Notes under the pieces: generated by a model
Database searches by the model: none
Told to the model about the DNA's origin: nothing
Seen by the model: the letters and a program-made list of their open reading frames with translations, nothing else
Source: an uncultured delta proteobacterium
Lineage (GTDB): Bacteria; Myxococcota; Myxococcia; Myxococcales; Myxococcaceae
Reading direction: 5' to 3'
Assembly (NCBI GenBank): GCA_963771175.1
Contig: CAVYSY010000032.1
Location: 224,001 to 288,000 of the forward strand
DNA length: 64,000 bases
Shown: positions 41,766 through 52,558 of the stretch, in pieces
Numbering within the stretch: the first letter of the stretch is position 1
Layout: every line of letters begins with the position of its first letter
Position numbers and translations under genes: made by a program

Positions 41766-43376
41766 CTACATGGACTTCGTCACGACGAGCGGGATCTCGA
41801 CCTCCACCTCATCCCCCGAGAAGGCGGGGAACACCATGCGCTTCGCGCTCAGCTTGAGGCAGGTGCCCATGGGAGAGCCCTCGACGTCCTCGCGGTCGAA
41901 CGACACCTTCTTCACCTTGCCGGAGCTGCCCACGGTGGCGGTGACCAGCACCTTGGTGTCGCGCAGCTGCGGATTCCTGCGCAGCGCCCGCTCGATGCAG
42001 GACTTGAAGGCGGACTGCGACTGCGACACCACGCGGGAGATCTCCTCCTGGGGCGGGCCGGACTGCTCGGCCGAGTCCGTGGCGGCCACCTCGGTGTCCT
42101 CACGCACCTCGGGGCCCACGTCCTTCTTGTCACCCTCGGCGTAGAGGGCGGCCACGTCCTTCTGAGCCTCGCCCTGGGGCTGGGCGGCCTCCTGCGTCGG
42201 CTCCTCCTTCGCGGGCTCGCTGGGGCGCGCCTTCGGCTCGGGCTTGGGTGCGGCCTCGGGCACCGGCGGGGGCGGCTTGGCGCGGCCGAGCATCAGGTCC
42301 CTCAGCTCGCCCATGCCCTCGGCCGAGAAGACGGACACGGGCTGCTCCACCGCGTTGCCCTGCGCGTCCACGCGGGTGACTCGCAGCGGCACCACCTGCA
42401 GCTCGGTGAGCGCGTACAGCAGGCCCACCGGCACCGCCAGCAGCAGGACGACGAAGAGGGCGATCTTCCAGGGCGGGTTGCGCCGATCCACGCCCGCCTT
42501 CTTCACGAAGTGCTGGGTATTCTCCACCGGCGCGCGCCGGTCATCCTCCTGGCCCAGCGGGGCGAGCGGATCCTCCTGCTGCCCGCCTTCGTCGTAGCCC
42601 GGTCCTCCCGGATCGAACCCGGCCTGCTGCTCGGACTGGGGCAGGTCCAGGTCGGAGAACAGCTCCCCGAGCTGCGCGGAGTTGGAGGCGGCGGACGCCT
42701 GCTCGGACCCCTGCTCCTGCTCGCCCTGGTCCCACGGCGCGGACACCTGCTCCGGGGCGGGCTGCTGCTGCCACGACGTCTGCGAGGGCGGAGGCGGCTC
42801 GGGCTGCCAGGAGGTGGCGGACTGCTCCGCCGGCTGTGCCACGGGCTCGGGCTGGACGTGCGGCGGCGGCGCGGCGCGCATGGGGGCCGGAGGAGGCGGC
42901 GGGGCCGCGGGCGCGAAGAGGCTCGCCAGCTCGGCGATGTCCGAGCCGCGCTTCCAGTCCGGCATGGTTTGCTGCCAGAAGTAGCTGCGGGCGGTGATGG
43001 TGCCAGCAGCCACCATCTCGGCCAGGACCGCTTCGTCGAGCGGGCCCTCTTGCTTGCTCTTCACCATCACGAACCAGGGCGAGCGCGAATCGCGCAGCGG
43101 CATGGTCCGCGTGGGCTCGTCATCCCAGGTTTGCGCGGAGGCGGGCGCGGCGGCGACTTCCGCCGCGGCGGCCTCCTCCTCGGCGAGCGACTGCTCTCGC
43201 AGACGCTCCACGTCGGCCAGGGCCACGACGCGCGTGCTCTCCTCGGCCTCCTGTGGAGGTCCCTCCACCGAGATGACGTTCTGGCAATTCTTACAACGAA
43301 CCTTGACGGTCTTACCGCGGACCTTGTCGTCCGCAATGGAGTACCGTCGCTGACACTTGTTGCAGGAGAAGTTCAA
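41766..43376 (-). CDS. Zinc-ribbon + GYF_2 + TM + AgmX/PglI (TonB-C-like) protein, GltJ/AgmX-like architecture
   Basis: TTG start; CNKC...VKVRCKNC, WFV...QEGP...WQQTMPDW, TM helix, FKSCIERALRRNP...CL...FPAF. Confidence 0.8.
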   Translation of the reverse strand: MNFSCNKCQRRYSIADDKVRGKTVKVRCKNCQNVISVEGPPQEAEESTRVVALADVERLREQSLAEEEAAAAEVAAAPASAQTWDDEPTRTMPLRDSRSPWFVMVKSKQEGPLDEAVLAEMVAAGTITARSYFWQQTMPDWKRGSDIAELASLFAPAAPPPPPAPMRAAPPPHVQPEPVAQPAEQSATSWQPEPPPPSQTSWQQQPAPEQVSAPWDQGEQEQGSEQASAASNSAQLGELFSDLDLPQSEQQAGFDPGGPGYDEGGQQEDPLAPLGQEDDRRAPVENTQHFVKKAGVDRRNPPWKIALFVVLLLAVPVGLLYALTELQVVPLRVTRVDAQGNAVEQPVSVFSAEGMGELRDLMLGRAKPPPPVPEAAPKPEPKARPSEPAKEEPTQEAAQPQGEAQKDVAALYAEGDKKDVGPEVREDTEVAATDSAEQSGPPQEEISRVVSQSQSAFKSCIERALRRNPQLRDTKVLVTATVGSSGKVKKVSFDREDVEGSPMGTCLKLSAKRMVFPAFSGDEVEVEIPLVVTKSM

Positions 43377-43520
43377 GTGGGCTGTCCAGCGCACGCACAC
43401 AAGGGCGAGCGGGAGGAATGCTACCGCCAAGGCGCTGGAGTGCAAACCATCGGGTTGACTCCGTCTGCCAGCCCAACTAAGAGCCGCTCCCCCCTACCCT
43501 CTTGACACAGAAGGTGGCGC

Positions 43521-43808
43521 ATGCCCGCGAAGGACCTCGGGAACAAGTACGTCTGCTTCAAGTGCTCCACGAAATTCTACGATATGAAGAAGCCGGACCC
43601 CCTGTGCCCGAAGTGTGGCGCGGATCAGCGGGAGAGCCCGGCCCTCAAGCCGGCCTCCGAGGGGCGTCGTGGTCGGCTGTCCTCCATCCCCAAGGTCATC
43701 GAGCCCATCGAGCCCGAGGAGCCCGCTGCTGAGAGCGAGGAGGAGGAGTTGGCCGAGTTCGAAGACGAGGAGGCCGAAATCCCCGCCGAGGAGGACGAGG
43801 AAATCTAG
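43521..43808 (+). CDS. FYDLN_acid / TIGR02300-like protein
   Basis: LGNKYVCFKCSTKFYDMKKPDPLCPKCG plus acidic tail. Confidence 0.85.
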   Translation: MPAKDLGNKYVCFKCSTKFYDMKKPDPLCPKCGADQRESPALKPASEGRRGRLSSIPKVIEPIEPEEPAAESEEEELAEFEDEEAEIPAEEDEEI

Positions 43809-43818
43809 CCTCGCGGTA

Positions 43819-43858
43819 CAAGGGGGGGGAATCCGCTGACCGGCGGAGACCCCCCTTG
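43819..43858. terminator. GC-rich hairpin between convergent ORFs
   Basis: CAAGGGGGG..TCCGC / GCGGA..CCCCCCTTG. Confidence 0.55.
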
Positions 43859-43879
43859 CTGGTTCAGCCGCCCGTCACC

Positions 43880-44032
43880 TCACCCAATCTGGAGGAGGGC
43901 ACGGCGGATCTGCGCGTAGAGGGCGGGACCCATGGCCTGCATGCCCACCGGACGGCGCGGGCCCTGGCCCTTGCCCGCCGTCACGGAGCTACCCGTGAGT
44001 CGTCTCGGGCTCGGTCGCTTCTTCGGCTGCAT
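43880..44032 (-). CDS. Putative 50-aa basic small protein (not in the ORF track)
   Basis: ATG preceded by GGGGA; MQPKKRPSPRRLTG...ALYAQIRRALLQIG*; ends next to the hairpin. Confidence 0.45.
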   Translation of the reverse strand: MQPKKRPSPRRLTGSSVTAGKGQGPRRPVGMQAMGPALYAQIRRALLQIG

Positions 44033-44298
44033 GGGTTGTCCCCCGCGTTCCATTGGGCCCGATATGTAGCAGTACTTACGCCCGGACGGAAACTTTTCGC
44101 CCTGGCCCTCTTTTGGTAAGGGGGTTGAAGAGTCCGGCGCCCCCGTTCCCAGCTAACAGGAGCGTGAAGGTATTTCCGGGTCCGCCCGGCCGGCCGCATG
44201 CCGAGGGATGACACCAGTGACATTTGGGCGTTGGACCCCGTAAATCCTTGTTGATAGTAAGTGCGAGGGCCCCAGGGCCCACATTGGAGGCAGCGAAT

Positions 44299-45024
44299 TT
44301 GCGGGAGAAACTGAAGGCGCTGGCGGAGCTGCAGAAGGTGGACCTCGAGGTCGCCTCGCTCCGGAAGGCCGCGGACGTGCATCCCCGGCAACTGGCGGAG
44401 CTGGAGCGCGAGCTGGGAGCGGCGCGCAGCGCCATCGAGGCCGAACGCAACCGGGTCGCGGACATCGAGAAGCAGAAGACCACGCTCGAGCAGAACATCG
44501 CGGACGAGAAGGACAAGGTGAAGAAGTGGGAGGCGCGGCTCGCCGAGCAGCGTTCCACCCGCGAGTACTCCGCCCTGGCCCGCGAGATCGACATCGCCAA
44601 GAAGGCCAACCAGACGATGGCCGACGAGCTGGTGGAGCTGGTCAAGACGCTCGCCGCCGCGCGTGAGGCGGTGAAGGGCAAGGAGGCCGAGTTCGCCTCG
44701 CGCCAGGAGCAGCTCTCCGGGCGGATGACCGAGCTGAAGGGCAAGCTGAGCCAGGCCGAGGGCCAGGTGAAGGCGCTCGAGGGCAAGCGGAGCACGGTGG
44801 CCGCGGGAGTGGACGCTACCCTGCTGCGCCGCTACGAGGTGATACGCAAGAAGAAGCTGCCGGCGATGGTGGGCGTGGTGGCCGGCACCTGCCAGGGCTG
44901 CAACATGAACGTGCCCCCGCAGCTCTACAACAACCTGCGCGTGTCGCTGGGCACGGACGTGTGCCCGTCCTGCCACCGGATCATCTACGCCGTCGAGGCG
45001 CTCGAGGCGCCGGCGGCGAAGTAG
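44299..45024 (+). CDS. Coiled-coil + C4 zinc-ribbon protein (DUF164/CT398-like)
   Basis: GGAGG RBS + TTG; REYSALAREI, CQGCNMNVPPQ...CPSCHRIIY. Confidence 0.9.
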   Translation: MREKLKALAELQKVDLEVASLRKAADVHPRQLAELERELGAARSAIEAERNRVADIEKQKTTLEQNIADEKDKVKKWEARLAEQRSTREYSALAREIDIAKKANQTMADELVELVKTLAAAREAVKGKEAEFASRQEQLSGRMTELKGKLSQAEGQVKALEGKRSTVAAGVDATLLRRYEVIRKKKLPAMVGVVAGTCQGCNMNVPPQLYNNLRVSLGTDVCPSCHRIIYAVEALEAPAAK

Positions 45025-45038
45025 GGCCGCCCCGGAAG

Positions 45039-45659
45039 ATGGCCGCACCGACCGTCGTCGACATCCTCCGCCAGCTCGCGCGCGAGGAGCCGCTCACCGC
45101 GACGGTGCGAGCCTTCCCGGGACTCACCCGGGAGGAAGTGGGACGGTTGCTGGAGGTGGCCGCCGAGCGGCTCGCCACTCTTCCGCCCGAGCCTGCCCGT
45201 ATCTCCCCGCCCGCACCGAAGCCCGACGTGGAGCCCGTCGCCCCGGCGGAGTCGCCTGGGAAGCTGCGGCTCTTCTCGGACGGGGCCGCCCGCGGCAACC
45301 CGGGCCCGGCCGGCGCGGGCGCGGTGCTGGTGGACGCCGAGGGACGGGTGGTGGCCCGGCTCGGCAAGTTCCTCGGCATCCAGACGAACAACTACGCCGA
45401 GTACATGGGCCTGCTGCTCGGCCTGAAGCACGCCCGGAGCCTGGGCGCGAAGGAGCTCGAGGTGCTCGCCGACAGCGAGCTGCTCATCCGCCAGCTCCAG
45501 GGCCGCTACCAGGTGAAGAGCCCCACCCTCCGTCCCCTCTACGAGGAGGCGAGCGGGCTGTTGAAGGCCTTCCCCCGGGTGAAGCTCACCCACGTGCCGC
45601 GCGAGAAGAACAAGGCGGCCGACGAGATGAGCAACCGCGCCATCGACGAGCGGATGTGA
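45039..45659 (+). CDS. rnhA: Ribonuclease HI with N-terminal extension
   Basis: FSDGAARGNPGPAG, TNNYAEY, DSEL, HVPREKNKAAD. Confidence 0.9.
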   Translation: MAAPTVVDILRQLAREEPLTATVRAFPGLTREEVGRLLEVAAERLATLPPEPARISPPAPKPDVEPVAPAESPGKLRLFSDGAARGNPGPAGAGAVLVDAEGRVVARLGKFLGIQTNNYAEYMGLLLGLKHARSLGAKELEVLADSELLIRQLQGRYQVKSPTLRPLYEEASGLLKAFPRVKLTHVPREKNKAADEMSNRAIDERM

Positions 45660-45716
45660 ACCCCGGCGCTTCGTCCGGAGTGACCTCGGACCCACGTCTG
45701 TTGTATGAGGCATGGG

Positions 45717-46108
<392 letters not shown>

Positions 46109-46126
46109 TTTTTTTCTTCCCTGGGC

Positions 46127-46684
46127 CTACTGCTGCTCCACCGGCACCTGCACGAGCAGGATGCGGTTGCGCCCGTCGTTGCGCACGGCCTCCGGGTTCT
46201 TGAGCTGCAGGCGCGCGTCGGTCCGGGGTTCCCAGAAGCCCACCCAGAGGTTGAGGGCGCGGGCGGGAGCACCGGGCGGGAGCATGAGGGTGAACTCGTC
46301 CTTCACCGTCTCGCCGACCTTCCACTGGGTGGTGGGGTAGAGGCCACCGGCCGGCTTGTGGTCGGCGTTGAGGCGCTCCATGCGGCCCTCGGCGTCCTCG
46401 ATGTGGACGAAGACCATGTAGTCGTTCTCCAGGGGCTTGAGCACCTTGAAGAAGGCGGTGACACGGGCGGCCTCGCCAGGAGCGATGCGGCCCGGCTGCA
46501 CGGTGGCGCCCACCAGCTCCACCTTGTCCTCGAAGTTGGCGCCGTTGCGCACCGAGAGCTGCGGCACCTGGGCCACCACGGACTGGCGCCGCTCGTTGGG
46601 GCTGGAGCCTCCGGGCGCCTCGACGATGCAGGCGGAGAGCAGGGAAGCGGGGACGAGGAGGGCGAGGAGCGAGGGACGACGCAT
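46127..46684 (-). CDS. Hypothetical lipoprotein
   Basis: LSA|C lipobox; beta-rich domain with VFVH, ADH.P, W.VGE.V.D. Confidence 0.75.
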   Translation of the reverse strand: MRRPSLLALLVPASLLSACIVEAPGGSSPNERRQSVVAQVPQLSVRNGANFEDKVELVGATVQPGRIAPGEAARVTAFFKVLKPLENDYMVFVHIEDAEGRMERLNADHKPAGGLYPTTQWKVGETVKDEFTLMLPPGAPARALNLWVGFWEPRTDARLQLKNPEAVRNDGRNRILLVQVPVEQQ

Positions 46685-46879
46685 GGCGGCCCTGGTTCTA
46701 CCGGCTTCCCGGCACGGCATCCACCGGCGCGTGGCCTCTCGGTGGCCCCCAATGCCCTGCCCGCCACCTCTCCGGCGGACGAGCGGGCCCCCCTCCTCCG
46801 TCGCTCCCGTGACGGGTTCCTGGCACCGCTCGAAGTTGGGTAGGACTCACGGAGCATCTTGAGGTATGCGAAGCGCGCC

Positions 46880-48469
46880 ATGAAGACGCCCACCGCCATC
46901 CCCTTCGTCCTCGCGCAGGCGCCGTCGCCACAGCCCACTCCCCCGCCCCAGCAGCCGACGCAGCCCGGGGTGCCGGAGACCGGCACGCCGCCGCCAGTGG
47001 CGCCCGAGGCCGGTGGCCCCTTCGGGCAGATTGTCGGCATCACCGTGGTGGTGCTGTTCGTGGCGCTGATGGCGCTCGCGGCGCGCAAGCTCTTCTTCAA
47101 GCGCCGCCCCGAGCTGCCCGGCAAGCCCACGCCCCCGGCGGTGCCGCCCACGAAGGAGAAGCCCGCGCTGCCCCCGGAGCGGCCGGAGCTGCGCGTGGAG
47201 CTGCCGCCCTCCGAGGCGGAGCTGGCGAGGCTGCGCGAGGCGGAGGAGCTCCACGCCCGCGCCGAGGCGCTCGCCCGCCAGCGAGCCGAGGCCGACCGAG
47301 CCGCGAAGGCCACCACGGACGCCGCCGAGCGCGCCCGCCTGGAGGCCGAGGCCCGCGCCCTCAAGGAGCGCGAGGAGGAGGAGAAGCGCGCCGAGTACCG
47401 CGCGAAGAAGGCCGCGGAGGACGAGGCGAAGGAGCGGCGCAAGCGCGAGCGCGAGGAGGCCGAGCGCCTGCTGGCCGAGCAGAAGGCCCGCGAGGCGGCG
47501 GCCGCCGAGGAGGCCCGTCGCGCGGAGGAGGCGGCGGCGCGCGCGAAGATCGAGGCCGAGGCCGGCCGGACGCTGGCGCAGGGCCTGGACAAGACGCGCA
47601 GCCAGGGCTTCATGGCGCGGCTCAACGGCCTGTTCGGCTCGAGCCGTCAGGTGGACGAGTCCGTGCTGGCCGAGCTGGAGGAGATCCTCTTCACCGCGGA
47701 CATCGGCGTGCGCACCGCGTCCAGCCTGGTGGAGGTGGCGCGCGAGAAGCTCAAGCGCAACGAGCTGAGCGACCCGAACCGCATCAAGGGGCTCATCCGC
47801 GAGGAGGTGGCGCGCATCGTGGACCTGCCGGCGCCGCGCTCGCTGGAGGGCGGAGGCCCGCCGCACGTGGTGATGGTGGTGGGCGTCAACGGCGCGGGGA
47901 AGACGACGACCATCGGCAAGCTGGCGGCGAAGCTGACGGGCCAGGGCAAGAAGGTGGTGCTGGCCGCGGGCGACACCTTCCGCGCCGCCGCCACCGAGCA
48001 GCTCGACGTGTGGGCGGACCGCGCGAAGGCGGAGCTGGTGAAGGGCCTCGAGGGCGCGGACCCCAGCTCGGTCATCTTCGAGGCCATCAAGAAGGCGAAG
48101 GAGGCGGGCGCCGACGTGGTCATCGCGGACACGGCGGGCCGGCTCCACACCAAGGTGAACCTGATGGACGAGCTCAAGAAGGTGAGGCGCGTCATCGACA
48201 AGGCGCTGCCCGGGGCTCCCCACGAGGTGCTGCTGGTGCTGGACTCCACCAACGGCCAGAACGCCATCCAGCAGGCCAAGCAGTTCCACGAGGCGGTGGG
48301 CGTCACCGACATCGCCCTGACGAAGCTGGACGGCACCGCCAAGGGCGGCGTCATCATCGGCATCTGCGACGAGCTGAAGCTGCCCGTGGTGTGGGTGGGC
48401 GTCGGCGAGAAGGTCGCCGACCTGCGCCGCTTCGAGCCCCGGGAGTTCGTCCAGGCGCTGTTCGACTAG
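46880..48469 (+). CDS. ftsY: SRP receptor FtsY with N-terminal TM helix
   Basis: GVNGAGKTTTIGKLA, DTFRAAA, DTAGRL, TKLDGTAKGG. Confidence 0.95.
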   Translation: MKTPTAIPFVLAQAPSPQPTPPPQQPTQPGVPETGTPPPVAPEAGGPFGQIVGITVVVLFVALMALAARKLFFKRRPELPGKPTPPAVPPTKEKPALPPERPELRVELPPSEAELARLREAEELHARAEALARQRAEADRAAKATTDAAERARLEAEARALKEREEEEKRAEYRAKKAAEDEAKERRKREREEAERLLAEQKAREAAAAEEARRAEEAAARAKIEAEAGRTLAQGLDKTRSQGFMARLNGLFGSSRQVDESVLAELEEILFTADIGVRTASSLVEVAREKLKRNELSDPNRIKGLIREEVARIVDLPAPRSLEGGGPPHVVMVVGVNGAGKTTTIGKLAAKLTGQGKKVVLAAGDTFRAAATEQLDVWADRAKAELVKGLEGADPSSVIFEAIKKAKEAGADVVIADTAGRLHTKVNLMDELKKVRRVIDKALPGAPHEVLLVLDSTNGQNAIQQAKQFHEAVGVTDIALTKLDGTAKGGVIIGICDELKLPVVWVGVGEKVADLRRFEPREFVQALFD

Positions 48470-48472
48470 GAC

Positions 48473-50249
48473 CTACTCCGTCTCCTTCAGCAGGCCCGGC
48501 AGCAGCTCCTCGATGAGCTTCTGCGTCTCGGGGTCGAGGTCCTGTCCATTCACCCCGCCGCCCAGCAGGGCGCCCAGGTTCGCCTTGCCGAGGTCCTCGT
48601 CACCGTGGGCCTCCTTCCACCAGCGCACGCGCAGGCGCTCGAGCGCGGCGGCCTTCGAGGGGCTCACCTTGCCCAGCTCGCGGGTGAGGCAGTCCCGGCA
48701 CGTCCACTTGAAGCGGTAGGCGTCCACGTAGGCGCGCAGGCCCTTGAAGAAGGCCTCGTCGCCCAGGAGCTTGCGCGAGGCGTGGTGCAGCAGCGGGCGC
48801 CTTGCCGTACACCAGCGCGCCGTACTCGATGGGGTTGTCGAAGTCGGTGGTGGGCCGATCCGCCGGGCCGTCCTTGCCGCCCGAGAGCCGGTAGCAGGTG
48901 GTAGGACGAGACGAGCGCCTCCTGCCGCATCTGCTCCGCCACCGCGCGCCCGTGCTTCCACTCCATGTAGAGCAGCGCCGTGTACTGGGCGAGCGACTCG
49001 TCCACCACGGGCGCGTTGATGGGGTCCGAGCCCACCAGCCCCGCGAAGTACTGGTGCGCCACCTCGTGGGCCACGGTGAACTCGAGCGTGCGCTCCAGCG
49101 TCTTGCCGAGCTGCGCCGAACTGAGCCGTGTCCCCGCCCATGGCCTGGAGCAGGTTCTGCATCTGCTCCATCCCCGGCATGCCCTCGAGCGCGCTGCCGG
49201 GGTCCGCCGCCCCGCGGTACAGCGACGTGCCCACGGTGACGAGCCCGGGGAACTCCATGCCTCCGGCGCCGCCGGACAGCGGGGCCTCCACCACGCGGAA
49301 GTACTTGAACGGCAGGGGCCCCAGGCGCTGCTCGCACTCGGTGAGCGCATCGCTGGCGTACTGCAGCACGCGCTTGCCCACCTCGGCGTCGCGGGCGGCG
49401 AAGTGGCTCTCCACGGTGACGCCACCCACTGTCGTGGTGGCGCTCTGGTAGCCGCGCGAGGCGAACACGGGGAAGTCACGCACCGCGCCCGCGGCGAAGC
49501 TGTAGCGGATGCGGCCGTCCCTCTGGGGCACCTCGCCCATGGGCGACCCCCGTGGCGTGCACCTTCCACCCCGAGGGGACGATGACGTTGGCGAGCACGT
49601 TCGAGGGCTCGTACAGCGCCAGGTCGCCGATGCCCGCGGGCCCCTCCCAGGGGTTGCCGCCCGCATCGAGCGGAGGCACCAGGGGCACCACCCCCACCAG
49701 GCTCATGAAGTCATCCGTCGCGGAGAAGGCCCCATAGTCCCCCGCCCCTCCGCCGGAGCTCCCGAGCGCGCCCATCAGCGTGGTCGAGCCCGGCGCCGCC
49801 TTGGGCACCTCCGCCTCCAGGGCGAGCTCCACCACCACCGAGCTACCCGGAGCGACGGCGCTGGCGAGCGGCACCCGGTAGAGGCTCGTCTCCGGGTGCT
49901 CCAGCTTCGCGGGCTGCCCGTTGACCTTCACGTCCGAGAGCTTCATCCGCTTGTCGAAGGCATTGGGGGTGACTCGCAGGTGGACGGCATCGAGCGGGCG
50001 GCCACGCACGAACAGCTCCACCCGCAGGCGGCCCTTCACCTGACGCGCCTTCGGGTCCACCTCGAGCTGCACCTGGTAGCGAGGCAGGTTCTCCAGGGGG
50101 CCGAGTGCCTGCGCGATACGAGCCCGCTCCTCGGACTTGAGGTGCTGGAGGGAGAACTGCACCTCGGGGGGGACGACGTCTCCGGCGGGAGCAACCCCAG
50201 GCACGAGCAGCAGGGACAGCAGCGGCCAGCGGCGCAGGAAGGAGAGCAT
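48473..50249 (-). CDS. Secreted M1-family (gluzincin) metallopeptidase; frameshifted
   Basis: GGMEFPG, HEVAHQYF...DESLAQY, VYGK. Confidence 0.85.
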
Positions 50250-50267
50250 GGCGGTATGTTACCGACG

Positions 50268-50852
50268 ATGACCCTTCGAAAGCTCGCCCTGGTCGCCGTG
50301 GCCGTCACCTCAGTGTCCTGCGTGAAGCAGGTTCCCACCGGGCCGTCGGGCCCGGCTCGCTCCTTCCCGCTGCTGAAGGAGATAGAGGAGCGGGAGACAG
50401 AGTCCCTCACGGAGAAGCGCGAGGACGTGGAGGTGGACACGCGCGACTTCGAGCGGACGCCCCGGGTGGTGGCCCGGGGCGAGACGCCGCTGGTGAAACT
50501 TTCCGGGGCGCGGGCCCGGCTCTACGGCAACGCCGAGGGCACGCGGGGCTTCGACGTGGACAACTTCATCCTGCTCGAGGTGGTGGACGGCTCGGGCCAG
50601 GTGCTCAACCGCGGCGCGGTGGGCTTCACCGAGAACGTGCACATGGGCCGCGAGGTGGTGGACAGCGTGGGCCCACGCGCCTTCCACTTCGAGCCGGGCC
50701 AGGTGGACCTGACCACCCGGCTGCCGGAGAACGAGCCCTTCCAGGTGCGCGCGACGGTGCTGGACTACTCGGGCGTGGGCCGGGTGACCAATGTCTTCCT
50801 GGTGCTCGAGCCCAGGGACTCGAAGCAGGACGACGACCTGCGCACCCACTGA
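50268..50852 (+). CDS. Hypothetical lipoprotein
   Basis: MTLRKLALVAVAVTSVS|C, host-like codon bias. Confidence 0.7.
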   Translation: MTLRKLALVAVAVTSVSCVKQVPTGPSGPARSFPLLKEIEERETESLTEKREDVEVDTRDFERTPRVVARGETPLVKLSGARARLYGNAEGTRGFDVDNFILLEVVDGSGQVLNRGAVGFTENVHMGREVVDSVGPRAFHFEPGQVDLTTRLPENEPFQVRATVLDYSGVGRVTNVFLVLEPRDSKQDDDLRTH

Positions 50853-50894
50853 ACCCTGACCCTCCGGCCCGTGGACGTGCCACGGGCCCGGGGC

Positions 50895-51879
50895 TCAGAA
50901 CCGGATTCCGTTCGCGGCGGCGGTAGGCCCGTTGATGATGGAGTCGCAGCGACCGCCGCAGACATCCCGGTTCGGATCGAGCGGCTGGGGCTGGGTGGCG
51001 ACCACGGTGCCCACGGCGGCGGCGGTGACCACCGCGCCCACGCCGGCCCAGAAGTACCAGCGCTTGGTGAGCGGGGTGCTGGTGGAGACCTCCGGCACCT
51101 CCTGGGTGAGCGGCGACGGAGTGTCGGTGGCGCTCGGAGTGAGCACCGGCGTGCGCGGCTCATCGGACTGCGCGACGAGCACCGGACGCAGGCTGGCATC
51201 GACGTTGTACTCCTTGCCGGCGCGCACGGTGATGTTCTGCGTCTCGGGGCGGAAGCCCTCGCGCTTGACGACGATCTCATGCGAGCCGGCCGAGAGCATG
51301 AGGCCCTCGAGCGGCACCGTGCCCTTCTCCTCTCCATCGACGATGACCCGTGCGCCCGCCACATCGGCCTTCACGGTGACGAAGCCCATCACCGCGTCGA
51401 GCAGCACACCGACCTCGGTGCTCTCCCCCTCCTTGGCGGTGACGCGCCGGGAGAAATCGCGATAACCGGGCCGGCGCACGACGACGATGTGCTCGCCGGG
51501 GGACACCTCGATGGCGCCCCTGGGCAGCGCGCCGACCTCCTTGTCGTCGAGGAACAGGCGCGAGCCCCGCGGACCGCCCTGCAGCTTCACGAGCAGCTCC
51601 GTCTTCTTGACGAGGGGCGCGAGGAGATCGGCAGCCCCGGAGTCAACGGTCGAAGCCTCGGGCTCCGGAGCCTGCCGGGCACCCTTCCCCCTTCCCACCC
51701 TTCCCTCCCTTCCCAACCTTGGCGGACTTCGGCGGCCGACGCTTGTTCGTCTTGCCCTTCCCCTTGGACTTCCCGGCGGGCGCCAGGGGCGCGAGGAGAT
51801 CATCCATCCCCTGCGCGAAGGCAGAAGGCGTGGCGAAGCAGAGGAGCAACGCGATCAGGAAGGCACGGCGCAAGGACAT
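50895..51879 (-). CDS. Secreted PEGA-domain protein; frameshift in a K/G low-complexity tract near 51700
   Basis: Signal ending AFA|Q, two PEGA repeats, KRWYFWAGVGAVV tail. Confidence 0.8.
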
Positions 51880-51889
51880 GGCGGACCAA

Positions 51890-51918
51890 AGGTTAAAGAG
51901 TCGCGGGGGAGGGGTCAA
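51890..51918 (-). promoter_or_regulatory. Candidate sigma70-type promoter giving a very short leader
   Basis: TTGACC-N17-TAACCT ending 10 nt before the ATG. Confidence 0.5.
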
Positions 51919-51963
51919 ACAGGAGTCCACCTGCGAGGCGGGTTGGGGGAAGATCAGCGCCGT

Positions 51964-52509
51964 ATGCCCCGAAAAATTCTCATGATCGCAGCGGGTGGCC
52001 TCACCGCTACCCTGATGGCCTGTCCGACCCGGACCCCCACCCTACCCGAGGCGCCACGGCCGGTGCGCGTGCCCAAGGGGTGCGAGAAGAACCAGGCGGG
52101 GGAGTACCACCATGCGGAGAACCCGGCCTTCCGCTACCGGGGAGAGGACGACGGCGGCACGCTGACACTGGCGGTGGTGCGCGCACGGGAGGGCGAGGCG
52201 AGCCAGACGGATGGAGGAACGGTGAGCATCGTGCTCCAGCGGACGCCGGACGGTTTCGTCGGCGAGACGCGGGCGACGACGTTCACCCCCGCGGGCACGG
52301 CGTGTCCGGTGCGCTTCCCCACTCAGGTGACGACCTGTGACGACCAGGGCCTCACACTGCGCTCGGCGGCGACGACGGCCATCGACGAGAACTGCCGCCC
52401 GGCCCCGAGCGGCCCGCAGCCGGCCCTGAAGGAGCAGCGGCTGCTGCGGGGAGTCCCGGACGCGGGCACTCCCACGGAAGCGGACGCCGGTACACCCACC
52501 GTGAAATGA
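51964..52509 (+). CDS. Hypothetical lipoprotein
   Basis: LMA|C lipobox, four further Cys. Confidence 0.7.
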   Translation: MPRKILMIAAGGLTATLMACPTRTPTLPEAPRPVRVPKGCEKNQAGEYHHAENPAFRYRGEDDGGTLTLAVVRAREGEASQTDGGTVSIVLQRTPDGFVGETRATTFTPAGTACPVRFPTQVTTCDDQGLTLRSAATTAIDENCRPAPSGPQPALKEQRLLRGVPDAGTPTEADAGTPTVK

Positions 52510-52512
52510 GAC

Positions 52513-52552
52513 GGAGGACCGGGGTGGGCACCTACCCTACCCCGGAGCCTCC
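52513..52552. terminator. Hairpin between convergent genes
   Basis: GGAGG..CCGGGGTGGG / CCCTACCCCGG..CCTCC. Confidence 0.5.
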
Positions 52553-52558
52553 AAACCC

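Noticed and set aside
40806..43505. 899-aa plus-strand ORF and similar long antisense ORFs across the window
   Set aside because: Shadow frames of real genes in high-GC DNA; no motifs and R/G/A/H-rich composition
45674..45684. CCGGAGTG copy just upstream of the rnpB 5' end as a possible att site
   Set aside because: Only 8 bp in GC-rich DNA, with no integrase nearby
47220..47560. Repetitive GAG/GCG-rich stretch
   Set aside because: Coding for the charged helical linker of FtsY
51680..51722. Short C/T-rich tandem repeats
   Set aside because: They encode a KGGKG low-complexity linker; not a CRISPR or mobile repeat
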